DNA of 64,000 nucleotides, from contig CP070761.1 of NCBI GenBank assembly GCA_020348985.1, positions 2,433,087-2,497,086 of the forward strand, read 5' to 3'. The translations under genes were made by a program, and so were the position numbers. Shown in pieces: positions 18,389-28,656 of the stretch (the first letter of the stretch is position 1; each line of letters starts with the position of its first letter). The notes beneath the pieces are model-generated. The model had not been told where the DNA came from and made no database searches. It saw nothing but the letters and a program-made list of their open reading frames with translations. Source of the DNA: Candidatus Thorarchaeota archaeon. Its GTDB lineage: Archaea > Asgardarchaeota > Thorarchaeia > Thorarchaeales > Thorarchaeaceae.

Positions 18389-20475
18389 TGGGAATGCGGG
18401 GACATGGGGGTCCTCGTGCACTAGCAGCACGAGGAGAGAAGCGGAGTCGTCCCGTAAGAGTTCTGCTCGGAAGAATGGCTTACTACCTTGGTAGATTCAA
18501 GCGAATCGTGATACTGGGGGCTGCGCTGTCGCTCGTCTCCACAATCCTTGGCGTTCTAGTTCCCATAGTGCTAACAAATGGCATAGACACGGTGGCAGGA
18601 CCGTCTGCAAACATATCCAATCTTCTTCTCCTGGTAGGTATGTTCGTCTCTTTGAGTCTGGCTTCTTGGATTCTGGGTAGCTCCAATACATGGATTCTAG
18701 CTGGAGCTCAGGCCGGATTCGTACAGACTGTTCAGTCCGATGTCTATGACCATCTCGTTTCAGCTGACCTCCTATATCACAAGTCTGAACAAAGCGGGAA
18801 TGTTACGTCTAGAGTCACAACTGACACAGTATCCCTGGCAACAGGAATCCAAGTGATAATCACATTCTCCAGCCAAGTTGTGCTTCTCATCACAACTTTC
18901 TCGGTTCTTTGGCTGACCTCGCCCGCAATCGCGATTACTGCACTCATAGTAGTCCCAGGCGTCGCTCTCATTGCAGGGATTTTTGGCACCGTCGGCCAGA
19001 GGATAATGCTGGCCTCACAACGTGCATACGGAGCAGTGTCTGGCCAGATTGCAGAGAATCTCAGCGGCATTCACGTGGCCAAAGCTTTCAATCGAGAAGA
19101 TGAACTTGCTGAAGAAATGTCAGAACTAAATCAGAAAGCCTACAACCACGGATTTAGATTCATGATTCTAATGAGCGCCATGCAACCGCTTGTCAGGTCC
19201 TTTGGTCAAATCGGTGTTGCCGCGATTCTGTTTGTGGGCGGTACACTGGCAGTTGGCACTGCAGCCGTTTTATCAATTGGTGAAGTTGTGCTTGGTGTGA
19301 TTCTTGTCAATTCATTCATGATGCCACTCATGCACCTTTCCATGATGGCCTCACAGGTACAAGCTTCGCTTGCAGCAATGGATCGTATCTCCGATGTGCT
19401 CGAATCGAAGCCATCTATTGCAGATGCTTTGGAATCCGTTCCGCTCAGGCCAGAGAGTGATGGCATCAAGTTCGAAGATGTCACATTCTCTTATGTGGAA
19501 GGGACGGAAGTTTTGAGAGACGCGACCTTCGAGATCAAACCAGGTGAGATGGTTGCAGTCGTGGGTCACACGGGTGCTGGTAAGACTACGCTCGCCGCTC
19601 TAGTCAACAGGTTCTATGATCCACAAGAAGGAGCAATCCTCATTGGCGACCAAGATTTGCGTTCTGTGACTTTGGAGTCTCTTCATGAAGCTGTTTCTCT
19701 GATTCCACAAGAGCCCTACTTGTTTGATGGTACCATACTTGAGAACATCAGATACGGTCGGCCAGAAGCGACAGACAAAGAGATTCAAGATCTGTGTGAG
19801 ATAATCGGCGCTAGCGATTTCATAGAAGTTCTTTCGGAAGGATATGAGACACTGATTATTGAAGATGGTAAGAATCTCTCAGCTGGGCAACGGCAGATGA
19901 TAACCATTGCTAGGACGATGCTTGCCAACCCCCGCATTCTGATTTTGGATGAGGCGACGAGTCGGCTTGACGCCTACAGTGAATCGCTTGTCCAGGATGC
20001 CCAAGCCATGCTCTTTGCGAACAGGACAACCATCGTGATAGCACATCGGCTAACAACCATCGCAAATGCGTCGAGAGTTCTCGTCTTCGCACAAGGTGAG
20101 CTGATTGAACAGGGCACTCACGAGGAGCTGCTGGCCCTCGGTGGTACATTCAAGACTCTATACGACACCTACTACGCCCATCAAGGAGTAGAAGAAATCA
20201 CCGAGGATGCGGCAAGAGTTGCAGAGGTGGAAATCGCGAAACATGGTCGACCTGAGGTCACCGCACCTTCTGGATCTATGGCAATGTCGATGATGGGTCC
20301 ACATAGCTCAATGTCGTCAATGGGCGGAGGACATGGAGGAGGACCTCCCGGAGAAGTAACACCGGAGATGATAGAACATCTCAAGGAGAATCTGGATAGA
20401 CTGCCACCAGAGATGCAGAAACGGGTGAAGGCCATGTTGGCTAGCCAACAGGATAGTGAACAATCTGAAGATTGA
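18388..20475 (+). CDS. ABC exporter half-transporter (consensus Walker B subunit)
   Basis: GHTGAGKT, LSAGQ, ILDEAT, AHRL; translationally coupled (TAATG); heterodimeric TM287/288-type pair. Confidence 0.9.
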   Translation: MGMRGHGGPRALAARGEKRSRPVRVLLGRMAYYLGRFKRIVILGAALSLVSTILGVLVPIVLTNGIDTVAGPSANISNLLLLVGMFVSLSLASWILGSSNTWILAGAQAGFVQTVQSDVYDHLVSADLLYHKSEQSGNVTSRVTTDTVSLATGIQVIITFSSQVVLLITTFSVLWLTSPAIAITALIVVPGVALIAGIFGTVGQRIMLASQRAYGAVSGQIAENLSGIHVAKAFNREDELAEEMSELNQKAYNHGFRFMILMSAMQPLVRSFGQIGVAAILFVGGTLAVGTAAVLSIGEVVLGVILVNSFMMPLMHLSMMASQVQASLAAMDRISDVLESKPSIADALESVPLRPESDGIKFEDVTFSYVEGTEVLRDATFEIKPGEMVAVVGHTGAGKTTLAALVNRFYDPQEGAILIGDQDLRSVTLESLHEAVSLIPQEPYLFDGTILENIRYGRPEATDKEIQDLCEIIGASDFIEVLSEGYETLIIEDGKNLSAGQRQMITIARTMLANPRILILDEATSRLDAYSESLVQDAQAMLFANRTTIVIAHRLTTIANASRVLVFAQGELIEQGTHEELLALGGTFKTLYDTYYAHQGVEEITEDAARVAEVEIAKHGRPEVTAPSGSMAMSMMGPHSSMSSMGGGHGGGPPGEVTPEMIEHLKENLDRLPPEMQKRVKAMLASQQDSEQSED

Positions 20476-20477
20476 AT

Positions 20478-21266
20478 CTAGCTCTCGTTTACTCTGGCAG
20501 CCGTAATTGCGCCGCCAATCATAGCGTATGCTGCAGCTCCAAGAATACGACTTGAAGTAAGAACAGGTGTGACTGCATATACAGCCCAAACGACTCCTCT
20601 AGCGAAAAGAAGTAGAAGACCTAACAGTATGAAGATAGCCGGCATCAGCAGTCTTCCTCTTCGGAAGACCACGGCTATGATGCTAACGCATAGAGCTGTT
20701 ACTCCAAAACCGATTGATACAATTCCACTTGTTACTAGCTCTGCGAAGGAGACTGACTGAAGGGGATCATAGGAAAGAGCTACTAGTATAACGACAAATG
20801 CAAGCGGAAACGCCACAACTACGGACCACGTAATCTGTGGCCTTGAGTAGCCCACTGTCTTATTTACTGCATTGAAGTACCCCCCAACACCTATAGAAAA
20901 AGAGATCATTCCGAGTATTTGGACGAATCCAACCGTGAAAACAAGTGAAGCGCCCACACCAGATGATTCGATTGCTATTCCTGCCAATTCTGCAAGAAGC
21001 ATCACAAAGAGTCCGACGCTCAAGAAGATGAACATGACATGAAACCTATCCTCTCTTACTAATCCCCTGGGGGCGAAATGTGTTAGACCGTAGACTCCTA
21101 CTAGACCGGCGACCAGTGGTGCAGTAGCCGCAGCCATTGAGTCTAGGGCTGATGTGTTGCCTACAATCCATGGGATGCCGAATGCGCCTAGCAGAAGAAG
21201 GATTAGAGCAACGAAGGGAATCCAAGTGCCTAATTCCATATTCTTTGGTGGGTCTTCCTTCTCCAT
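20478..21266 (-). CDS. Hypothetical multi-pass membrane protein (~7-8 TM)
   Basis: Repeated hydrophobic helices over 262 aa. Confidence 0.7.
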   Translation of the reverse strand: MEKEDPPKNMELGTWIPFVALILLLLGAFGIPWIVGNTSALDSMAAATAPLVAGLVGVYGLTHFAPRGLVREDRFHVMFIFLSVGLFVMLLAELAGIAIESSGVGASLVFTVGFVQILGMISFSIGVGGYFNAVNKTVGYSRPQITWSVVVAFPLAFVVILVALSYDPLQSVSFAELVTSGIVSIGFGVTALCVSIIAVVFRRGRLLMPAIFILLGLLLLFARGVVWAVYAVTPVLTSSRILGAAAYAMIGGAITAARVNES

Positions 21267-21381
21267 TGTGCTATCCCCTTGGTTCTGGATTCTTCATTTG
21301 TGGCATATATTGATTGAGAACCCTGTTGAATCCGAAGTACTTGAATTCACCTTGGTCAGAGTATATCCATGTTTTTGGTGT

Positions 21382-22575
21382 CTAGCGGAGCAATTTCTCC
21401 CACTCGATCTGATAAGTCCTTGATGGAAATTGCTTCTCAAGTTCATCCTTAGACTTGGTGACTATGGCGCGTGACGGTTTCGGACCGACAAAGCGTCTTG
21501 TCTGCTCCATAATTGAAGATAGTAGTTGTAGGAATCCTTGGTCAAGAGTCTCGGGAGCAATTGTTCCCCTGACAGCAGCGGTAGTGAGTGATGTCTTGAT
21601 TTCGACGTCGACATTGTCTTCGAGGTCGACAAACGCAAGCCAAGGATTCTGCTTCATCAACGATTTTCTTGATCCGTGGAATGCGGACCGTGCAAGATGA
21701 ATACCGATAAGGTTGCCGCTCCTATCAAGAATCTCTTGAAGTGCCGACGAGTACAGAACCAAAGTAGCCTGGGCGGGCGAGATGAGCTCAATCGCGTGTC
21801 TCCTTGCGAGAAGGGCGATCTCTTCCAGGAATCTTTTCAGATCCTTGGTTTTGACTCTCTCTGCAGCAATCATCAGAGGAGTCTCTCCGTCCAGTTGTGT
21901 CAATGCCTCTGCGGTCTCAGGTGATATTCCATCGACGTCATCAGCAACGCCTACAATGGCTGTGGCCTGATAGATGTCATCTGGCTTGATTGGCTGAGAT
22001 ATCGTCACAGCTTTCTCGAAGTAGGCTTCCGCCATCAAGTTCAGGATAATCTCTACTGGCATTTCTAGGAAGTCAGCTGCGTCCCTTACCGTACAAATTC
22101 GTGGAATCAGTCGGAGCACTGAGATGACATCTGCGTTCTTTGTGTAGTATTCCCAATCCCACTTGACATGAATAACACTATCTGGCTGAATCTTTTCACT
22201 CACGAATTCATTGATCACAGTCTTTTCGAAACGAGTATAGACAGCCAAGTCAAGGTCAATCCATCTCAATAGATTGAACTGCTCCTCAAAGCTTGCTACG
22301 AGCCTGCGAAGCTTCTCTCTTACCGCCGCAGAGTCTGCTTCAACTGAGAGCGCCCCCATTGCCCAATCTCCGAATTCCACGATTATCTTGTAGTCACTGC
22401 CTTCGAAGGCGCGAGCTCGCGAAGACACCGCGCCGCTGGCCTCGTCAAAAAACGTAGTCATTGCCACGATGAACGATGAAAGGAGATGAGGGTCAAAGAT
22501 ACTTTCTCGGAAGTCCTTATGGTACATACAGACACCTGTATCACGCTTCACTATGTACAAGCTTCTGATCTCCAA
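21382..22575 (-). CDS. Longin-domain protein with tandem winged helices (NPRL2-like architecture)
   Basis: N-terminal longin pattern (IRSLYIVKRDTGVCMYHKDF..DPHLLSSFIVAM..F..E), two wHTH-like segments. Confidence 0.7.
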   Translation of the reverse strand: MEIRSLYIVKRDTGVCMYHKDFRESIFDPHLLSSFIVAMTTFFDEASGAVSSRARAFEGSDYKIIVEFGDWAMGALSVEADSAAVREKLRRLVASFEEQFNLLRWIDLDLAVYTRFEKTVINEFVSEKIQPDSVIHVKWDWEYYTKNADVISVLRLIPRICTVRDAADFLEMPVEIILNLMAEAYFEKAVTISQPIKPDDIYQATAIVGVADDVDGISPETAEALTQLDGETPLMIAAERVKTKDLKRFLEEIALLARRHAIELISPAQATLVLYSSALQEILDRSGNLIGIHLARSAFHGSRKSLMKQNPWLAFVDLEDNVDVEIKTSLTTAAVRGTIAPETLDQGFLQLLSSIMEQTRRFVGPKPSRAIVTKSKDELEKQFPSRTYQIEWEKLLR

Positions 22576-22714
22576 AGGTTGTCCTTCCTACTTGACGTGG
22601 TTTGTCACACGCTTCTAGGTACCTTTCGTTCGACGCGCTCTTAAAGGAAACTCGCATGAATCGTTGACGCTGTTTACACCGAATGTCAAGTGCATAGGAC
22701 TATAAGCGCGGTAG

Positions 22715-23341
22715 ATGCACATGGCCACCATGGCTGAATCAGAACAGTACGTGGCAGTCTGTCCGGCGTGTGAGGTAGGTCACTTGAAGGTGCACTCTAT
22801 GCTCTACAGTGTACCTTTCTTCAACGAGCTCGCTCTTTTCACAATGGAGTGTCCCGATTGCAATTTCAGCCATAACGACGTCTTCTCCGCCGAGCAGAGG
22901 AGACCAAGACGCTGGACTCTCCGTGTTGACGAGAAATCAAAGCTCTACATCAGAGTTGTCAGGTCCGGGTCCGGAACAGTCAGACTTCCTGAGTTTGGGA
23001 TTGACATAGAGCCAGGACCCGCCGCGGAATCCTACATCTCAAACGTTGAGGGCGTCCTACTGCGAACCCGGCCTGTCGTGGAAAGCGCTATCAATTTCGC
23101 GGAGTCAGAGACCCAGAAGAAGCGAGGACGTGAACTTCTCACAGAAATTGACCTCGCCATTGCGGGGGAACACTCTTTCACACTCGTAATCGAAGATCCG
23201 GCAGGCGTGAGCGGAATCTTGCCAGATGATCTATCTCTTGTTCAGTACGAAGAACTCACTCGTGAAGAAGCTTCAGAGCTCAAAGGTGCGCCGTTATGGA
23301 TGGATGCGGTTAGAGATGAGTATCTGGAGCGTAAGGGCTAA
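22715..23341 (+). CDS. ZPR1-type zinc finger protein
   Basis: CPAC..VPFF..CPDC..NDV; IRVVRS, IEPGP, SNVEGVL, FTLVIEDPAG. Confidence 0.92.
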   Translation: MHMATMAESEQYVAVCPACEVGHLKVHSMLYSVPFFNELALFTMECPDCNFSHNDVFSAEQRRPRRWTLRVDEKSKLYIRVVRSGSGTVRLPEFGIDIEPGPAAESYISNVEGVLLRTRPVVESAINFAESETQKKRGRELLTEIDLAIAGEHSFTLVIEDPAGVSGILPDDLSLVQYEELTREEASELKGAPLWMDAVRDEYLERKG

Positions 23342-23371
23342 AAGGTCACCAACGGCTACACACGAAACCAT

Positions 23372-23448
23372 GGGCCGGTAGATCAGCCTGGCAGATCGTC
23401 TGGTTTGCATCCAGAAGGTCGCGAGTTCAAATCTCGCCCGGTCCACCA
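23372..23448 (+). tRNA. tRNA-Ala(UGC) with encoded CCA
   Basis: Acceptor GGGCCGG/CCGGTCC with G3:U70, anticodon arm TCTGG-TTTGCAT-CCAGA, T-loop TTCAAAT, ends ACCA; no intron. Confidence 0.96.
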
Positions 23449-23479
23449 CACTCTTTCTTGAGAATTCAAACAAGACGCA

Positions 23480-23884
23480 CCAGGACTTTGAGGCTATCCA
23501 ACATGGAATCTCCTGAATTGCAAGTGTAATGTTGCCTACTTGGAAATGATTCGCTGCGTGCTCCTCTTCAGTGAAGACTCGGGTTGCCACTGACCGTGCG
23601 TCCACAAGTCCGTCTTCGTTTAGCTTTAGATTCTCTAGGGGAATCATGTAATCCTTCTCTCCTGCCATCAAAAGAACATCTTTTCGTACTTTTTCAGCAA
23701 TGCTAGCTACTGAATAGTCGGCTAATGAGAATCCCCATTCGTTAGGTGTTTCTGCGCCTGCGATGTACATCCACTGACTGACTATGAAGTGGGCAATAAC
23801 ACTGCGGTTCATCTGGTAGTTGAAGTGCTTGATCTTGTGAAATGGACGATATCCAATGGGGAGATTGAGGTTCATGTATGTCAC
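23480..23884 (-). pseudogene. Internally deleted alpha/beta hydrolase remnant
   Basis: Family-like N-terminus (PIGYRPFH..NYQMNR) joined to C-terminus (LLMAGEKD..P, AANHFQVGN); no GxSxG; frame runs antisense into the tRNA. Confidence 0.6.
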
Positions 23885-24009
23885 TCTCTCAGTGATAGTA
23901 TGTTAGTAGATTGGGAACTCTAGGCGATTCTTCGACTGTGTCAGACCATGTTGGTGCAATCGCCTACTTTTCAAAAGTATCAAATTGCCGCGTGTGAACC
24001 AGACTAGGT

Positions 24010-25143
24010 GTGGTTAGAGAATTGGGCCCGAAGAGAACGTTGTCTGACCGATATGCGGGCTGGTTTGGCTCTCGCGTTCCTATGACATCAAGAACGATGC
24101 TCTACTTGATGACGATAGTCGTTTCTCTAGGCACGTCTTTCTTCCTGTACAATCCGGCTTGGTCGGGACCGAATTGGATGCTGGTTCTTGCAGTTTCGCC
24201 AGTTGTCGCAATGTTTTCGCACTTAATCTTCCTTCTTCTCCAGATCCAATTCTATCATAACCCGGTGGAGAATCCTGCTTTCGAGGAAGTGGAAGATAGA
24301 GCAGACCAGAAATTAGAGGTCATTTCTTCGGCACAGGTTTGGAGTCGGCCTAGCAAACATGTCTTCATCACTTCTGTGTCCAGTGCTCTCTATAACTCAG
24401 TTATTGTGTCTGAACCAATGATTGAGAAAATCATACAGCATCCGGAAGATGGTGAGGTTGTGCTAGCATTTCACATGCTCCGAGCCAAAGATTGCTCCTA
24501 TATCGACCTAGTTCTGACAATTATGGTTTTCTTAATCATGACAGCTGTTGAATTGCTAGTCGTGTGGCCTTTTGTTGCTGGAATCGTGTCAATGGCTGGT
24601 TACCTCGGCATTCTCTACGTGCTCCTCATGATGGGGTATCTGGTCCTTCCTGCTGTCATTCTAGTGTTAGTGCTTAAGTCAGCCACATGGAGATTCGACA
24701 ACACGCTTAACGAGATTTGGCGAATCTACGATGTTCATCCCCAGGTTGCAAAGACACAACTTGAAGGAGAGAAAGGGCTTGCTCCAGAGGGAGTGGAGGC
24801 AATTGTCTGGAGTGTCAAGCAATGGGAACGAGGAAAAAGGTATACCCGGAGAACTAGTCTCGCAGCAATTGCGGCAGCTTTGGCATTCTTCGGTTTCGTT
24901 CTGTTCTTTCCGCCGTCGTACGTTATCTATGGCTACTATAATACACTCTTGATGCTCTTCGCTCCGCCGGTTCTCGTCGGTATTGTAGTTTTCATTGCCA
25001 TGAAGTATTGGGATAAGAAGTGCATGACAGAAGTTTACGTCGATTCTAAAGACGCTCACGAGCCGATTTGGCTCGGTCAAGATCTATGGGAGATAATTGA
25101 GTCGCAAGATGATGAGGGGAAACAGTCTGGTCTTGATGCTTAA
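24010..25143 (+). CDS. Membrane protein, degenerate M48/HtpX-like fold lacking HExxH
   Basis: 2 TMs, then SVIVSEPMIE..GEVVLAFHMLRAK where M48 has ELEAVLAHELGH, then further TMs. Confidence 0.55.
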   Translation: MVRELGPKRTLSDRYAGWFGSRVPMTSRTMLYLMTIVVSLGTSFFLYNPAWSGPNWMLVLAVSPVVAMFSHLIFLLLQIQFYHNPVENPAFEEVEDRADQKLEVISSAQVWSRPSKHVFITSVSSALYNSVIVSEPMIEKIIQHPEDGEVVLAFHMLRAKDCSYIDLVLTIMVFLIMTAVELLVVWPFVAGIVSMAGYLGILYVLLMMGYLVLPAVILVLVLKSATWRFDNTLNEIWRIYDVHPQVAKTQLEGEKGLAPEGVEAIVWSVKQWERGKRYTRRTSLAAIAAALAFFGFVLFFPPSYVIYGYYNTLLMLFAPPVLVGIVVFIAMKYWDKKCMTEVYVDSKDAHEPIWLGQDLWEIIESQDDEGKQSGLDA

Positions 25144-25568
25144 TATGCCCATCTCTCTGTCACGCGGTCGATTATCATCTGCATTCTTGATTCATCTGTA
25201 ACTCGTGACTTCCACTCGGTGATGATTTCACTTCCCACGCGAGGGGTCACGAAATTTCTGAAAATCCTGAGGTTCTGGTCATTCAGTCTAGTACACTTCA
25301 TCGCCTGCCGATCATCGCATTTTGACGGTGGACATTCGGCTGTCGTGATTACGTACCACAATTCGTCACCAAGTTTTGTGGCGATGATCATTGCAGGGCA
25401 TATATCCATGTTCTCACGAAAGACCACATAGTCGCCTTCACGAAGTGATGAATCTTCCTCGGCCAATCTTCCATTGCCGGATTCTATCACTTCTGTAAAA
25501 TCAGAGATAACGGTTTGTGCCGCTTCTCTCACAAGATCGATTGATGCTTTGACTACAATACCATCCAT
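25140..25568 (-). CDS. Hypothetical protein
   Basis: ORF from ATG at 25568 (MDGIVVKAS), CPPSKC..C cluster; stop overlaps the convergent gene. Confidence 0.6.
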   Translation of the reverse strand: MDGIVVKASIDLVREAAQTVISDFTEVIESGNGRLAEEDSSLREGDYVVFRENMDICPAMIIATKLGDELWYVITTAECPPSKCDDRQAMKCTRLNDQNLRIFRNFVTPRVGSEIITEWKSRVTDESRMQMIIDRVTERWAY

Positions 25569-25811
25569 CTGGCGACCATCCTGCACTGTCACGAGGTCTT
25601 GCCAGCACGCTACAATCCTAGATTTAATCCTTGTTGAGTAGCAACACGAGGCGCAACAGATTCGGCCTACAACTCCATGGAAGATTTCGTCCGATTGCTT
25701 ACACAAAGTAATCCTTAAAGGGGCCGTTGAAGGCCACGAGTCAATCCGCTGAGGCGTTCGAGCTGGTCAGTTTCCGTCCTTGAGGACATTGAAAGAGCTT
25801 GACCCTCAAGC

Positions 25812-28148
25812 TTGGTGATAATTACTATGCAAGGGTTATTTGATACATTCCTGAATCAGATGACACTCTTCGAGCAAGCAATGATTCTGCTTGTCATTGG
25901 AGCAGCGATTCTAAGCCTTATCTACGCTTGGTGGCTGCGAAGGGGTGTACTTGTTCAGGACAAAGGGACAGAACAGATGCAAACTGTCTGGGAAGGAATT
26001 CGCGAGGGTGCTCTTTCCTATCTGAGCAGACAGTTGAGAAGCGTCTTGCCGATCCTCTTCTTTCTGATAATATTCCTTTATGCAAGCGTAGCAGTAGCAC
26101 CCCCTGAGCCACAGGCCGTCATTCTCTTCGGAGCTGATGCATTAATCATCATTGGGATTGGCCGTGCTATTGCCTTCATCTTGGGAGCGTCCTTCTCCCT
26201 TATGGTTGGCCAGCTTGGCATGCGAATAGCAGTCGAGTCGAGCGTTAGAGTCGCACAGGCGACCAGGGAAGGCGAAGACAGGTACAACCGTGCCTTGACG
26301 ATTGCATACAGGGGTGGAACCTACACAGGGATGCTTACCGATGGTCTAGGGCTGATTGGTGGTACGACCATCTTCATCATCTTCGGAACCGCGGCCCCTG
26401 ATGCCCTGCTTGGGTTCGGATTGGGAGGAACACTTCTTGCACTCTTCATGAGAGTGGGGGGAGGAATCTACACCAAGGCGGCCGATGTCGGTGCTGATCT
26501 TGTAGGTAAGATTGAGCAGGGTCTCCCTGAAGACGATCCAAGAAACGCCGCAGTAGTCGCAGACCTCGTTGGTGACAATGTCGGCGATTGCGCTGGAATG
26601 GCCGCAGATATCTTCGAGTCTTATGAAGTTACAATAGTATCTGCACTGATTATTGGTATCGCCATATATGCAGACCCCACACATTGGATTGTGGGCATGC
26701 CTGCATTGGCTGTCATAGTATTTCCACTGGCTGTAAGAGCAGTTGGTGTAATTTCATCAATGATTGGAACTGTGATGGTTCCCATTTGGCCTCGGCTTCT
26801 TAGAAAACGAGAAGTGTACGCCGAGAAGGCTATGTTTCTGTCTTACGAAGCATCAAGTCTATTCACAGGCATTGTTACTATGTTCCTGGCGTACTTCTAT
26901 GTAAACGATATTCGTCTAGCAATCCTTGTGATTGTTGGCGTATTGCTCGCCGTCTCGTTCAATCCGATTACCAGTTACTTTACTTCGCTTCAGAAGCCGC
27001 CTGTCCAAGAGATTGTGAAATCCGCTGATACTGGTCATGCAACTTTCATTCTGTCTGGCCTGGTTGCCGGCTACGAGTCGACCGTTGCGGCTCTCATTGC
27101 AATTGTGACAACCTTCGGAGTGGCCTATGTGCTGTTTGCAGTAGACGGTCTGATTTGGGTACTCTACGGAATTGCACTGATTGGTATAGGCATGCTTTCG
27201 CACACAGGTAACAATGTTGCAATGGACTCCTATGGTCCGATAAGCGACAATGCTGCTGGCATTGGAGAGCTTTCTCCCGGCGACTTTGAAGAGGAGTCGC
27301 AGAAGGTAATGGCTGAATTAGATGCAGTTGGAAACACAACCAAAGCCATCACCAAGGGTGTGGCGATTGCCTCAGCAGTGATTGCTGCAGTGAGCCTCTT
27401 TGACAGCTTTGTGATTGTAGCTGGCCTTGAAGAGATTGGCATCAGACTTGACAATCCACTTGTGTTTGCTGGAGTTCTACTGGGAGCTGCGCTGCCGTGG
27501 CTGTTCTCAGCATTGAACATCAAGGCTGTAACAAGAGCTGCAGGCGAGATGGTAAGAGAAGTTCGAAGGCAATTCAAGATACCTGGAATCCTTGAAGGAA
27601 CGGTAAAACCAGATTATGACCGAGCAGTAGGAATTTCAACCACCGCTGCTCAGAAGGAACTCATTGCGCTGGTCGCCATGACGGTTTCAATCCCGTTAAT
27701 GGTTGCGATTCTCTTCGGTGGTGACAACTTGGCACCGCTGGGTGGATTCCTTGGAGGTATCATCATCTCTGGTCAACTTCTGGCAGTCTTTATGTCCAAT
27801 AGTGGCGGAGCATGGGATAACGCCAAGAAAGCTATCGAGGAAGAAGAATGCGATCCCGAGAGAAACATGGGGAAGGGTTCCGAGCGCCACAAGTGCGGAG
27901 TTGTTGGAGATACCATCGGTGACCCACTAAAGGACACAGCAGGTCCAGCATTGAATCCTATGATCAAAGTTGTCAACTTGGTCAGTCTACTCCTGGCCCC
28001 GGTTCTGGTGACTTACCACTTTGGTTCAGGAATTGCGGTCGCTGGAATACCAATGGACCTCATTCTCGCGGGAATTGTCGGTCTACTTGCTTTGCTGACA
28101 TTCTGGGCTATCAGGAAGAGTCGCAAGCCAGCGGACTTTGGAGAATAG
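25812..28148 (+). CDS. hppA: Membrane-bound pyrophosphatase, K+-independent H+-PPase type
   Basis: GGGIYTKAADVGADLVGK, EDDPRN, DNVGD, GNTTKA (Lys marks K+-independent type), GDTIGDPLKD. Confidence 0.93.
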   Translation: MVIITMQGLFDTFLNQMTLFEQAMILLVIGAAILSLIYAWWLRRGVLVQDKGTEQMQTVWEGIREGALSYLSRQLRSVLPILFFLIIFLYASVAVAPPEPQAVILFGADALIIIGIGRAIAFILGASFSLMVGQLGMRIAVESSVRVAQATREGEDRYNRALTIAYRGGTYTGMLTDGLGLIGGTTIFIIFGTAAPDALLGFGLGGTLLALFMRVGGGIYTKAADVGADLVGKIEQGLPEDDPRNAAVVADLVGDNVGDCAGMAADIFESYEVTIVSALIIGIAIYADPTHWIVGMPALAVIVFPLAVRAVGVISSMIGTVMVPIWPRLLRKREVYAEKAMFLSYEASSLFTGIVTMFLAYFYVNDIRLAILVIVGVLLAVSFNPITSYFTSLQKPPVQEIVKSADTGHATFILSGLVAGYESTVAALIAIVTTFGVAYVLFAVDGLIWVLYGIALIGIGMLSHTGNNVAMDSYGPISDNAAGIGELSPGDFEEESQKVMAELDAVGNTTKAITKGVAIASAVIAAVSLFDSFVIVAGLEEIGIRLDNPLVFAGVLLGAALPWLFSALNIKAVTRAAGEMVREVRRQFKIPGILEGTVKPDYDRAVGISTTAAQKELIALVAMTVSIPLMVAILFGGDNLAPLGGFLGGIIISGQLLAVFMSNSGGAWDNAKKAIEEEECDPERNMGKGSERHKCGVVGDTIGDPLKDTAGPALNPMIKVVNLVSLLLAPVLVTYHFGSGIAVAGIPMDLILAGIVGLLALLTFWAIRKSRKPADFGE

Positions 28149-28175
28149 GATAGGACAGAGCGTATTGCTTTGAAT

Positions 28176-28210
28176 GGTGGCACGAAGTGTCACCATCCTT
28201 CCACTTTTTC
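28176..28210 (+). terminator. Hairpin plus pyrimidine tract after hppA
   Basis: GGTGGCAC-GAA-GTGTCACC followed by CCTTCCACTTTTTC. Confidence 0.45.
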
Positions 28211-28279
28211 ATCATAACAAGAACCATATGAACCAGATTAGCCTAGGCACTGAACAATAAGGTGACGCGGGACCTAGGC

Positions 28280-28630
28280 ATGAGCGAGCGAATGAGAGTT
28301 GGAGAACTGATTTTCGAATGCATCCAACGCGGCAACAAATCGGGCGGGTTGACAGGAGAGGCAGTCATCGCTATTGCTAAAATCATCCGAGATGAGATTC
28401 GTTACTACGATTCACCTGAGAGTAGACAAGAACGGAAATGGGACCACACCGTTTCACAAAGCCTCACTGATGTTTCTCAAGCCCTAGAAGAGATTTGGTC
28501 CAAGCAACCTCGTGGTCTTAGACTCCACCACATCACTCCTATCCGGGCTCATAGCTCTAAGGCAACTGCCCATGAGATACTCCACAAAACAAGAGCTGAG
28601 CTAGTGATTGAGCTCGATACGATCATCTAG
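28280..28630 (+). CDS. Hypothetical protein
   Basis: ORF of ~116 aa with plausible helical composition; no motif recognised. Confidence 0.55.
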   Translation: MSERMRVGELIFECIQRGNKSGGLTGEAVIAIAKIIRDEIRYYDSPESRQERKWDHTVSQSLTDVSQALEEIWSKQPRGLRLHHITPIRAHSSKATAHEILHKTRAELVIELDTII

Positions 28631-28656
28631 GCATGCATTTCGTCCTGTTGAAGTCA

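Noticed and set aside
23294-23479. C-terminal part of ORF 23294..23884
   Set aside because: Antisense read-through over tRNA-Ala and the ZPR1 end; not genuine coding
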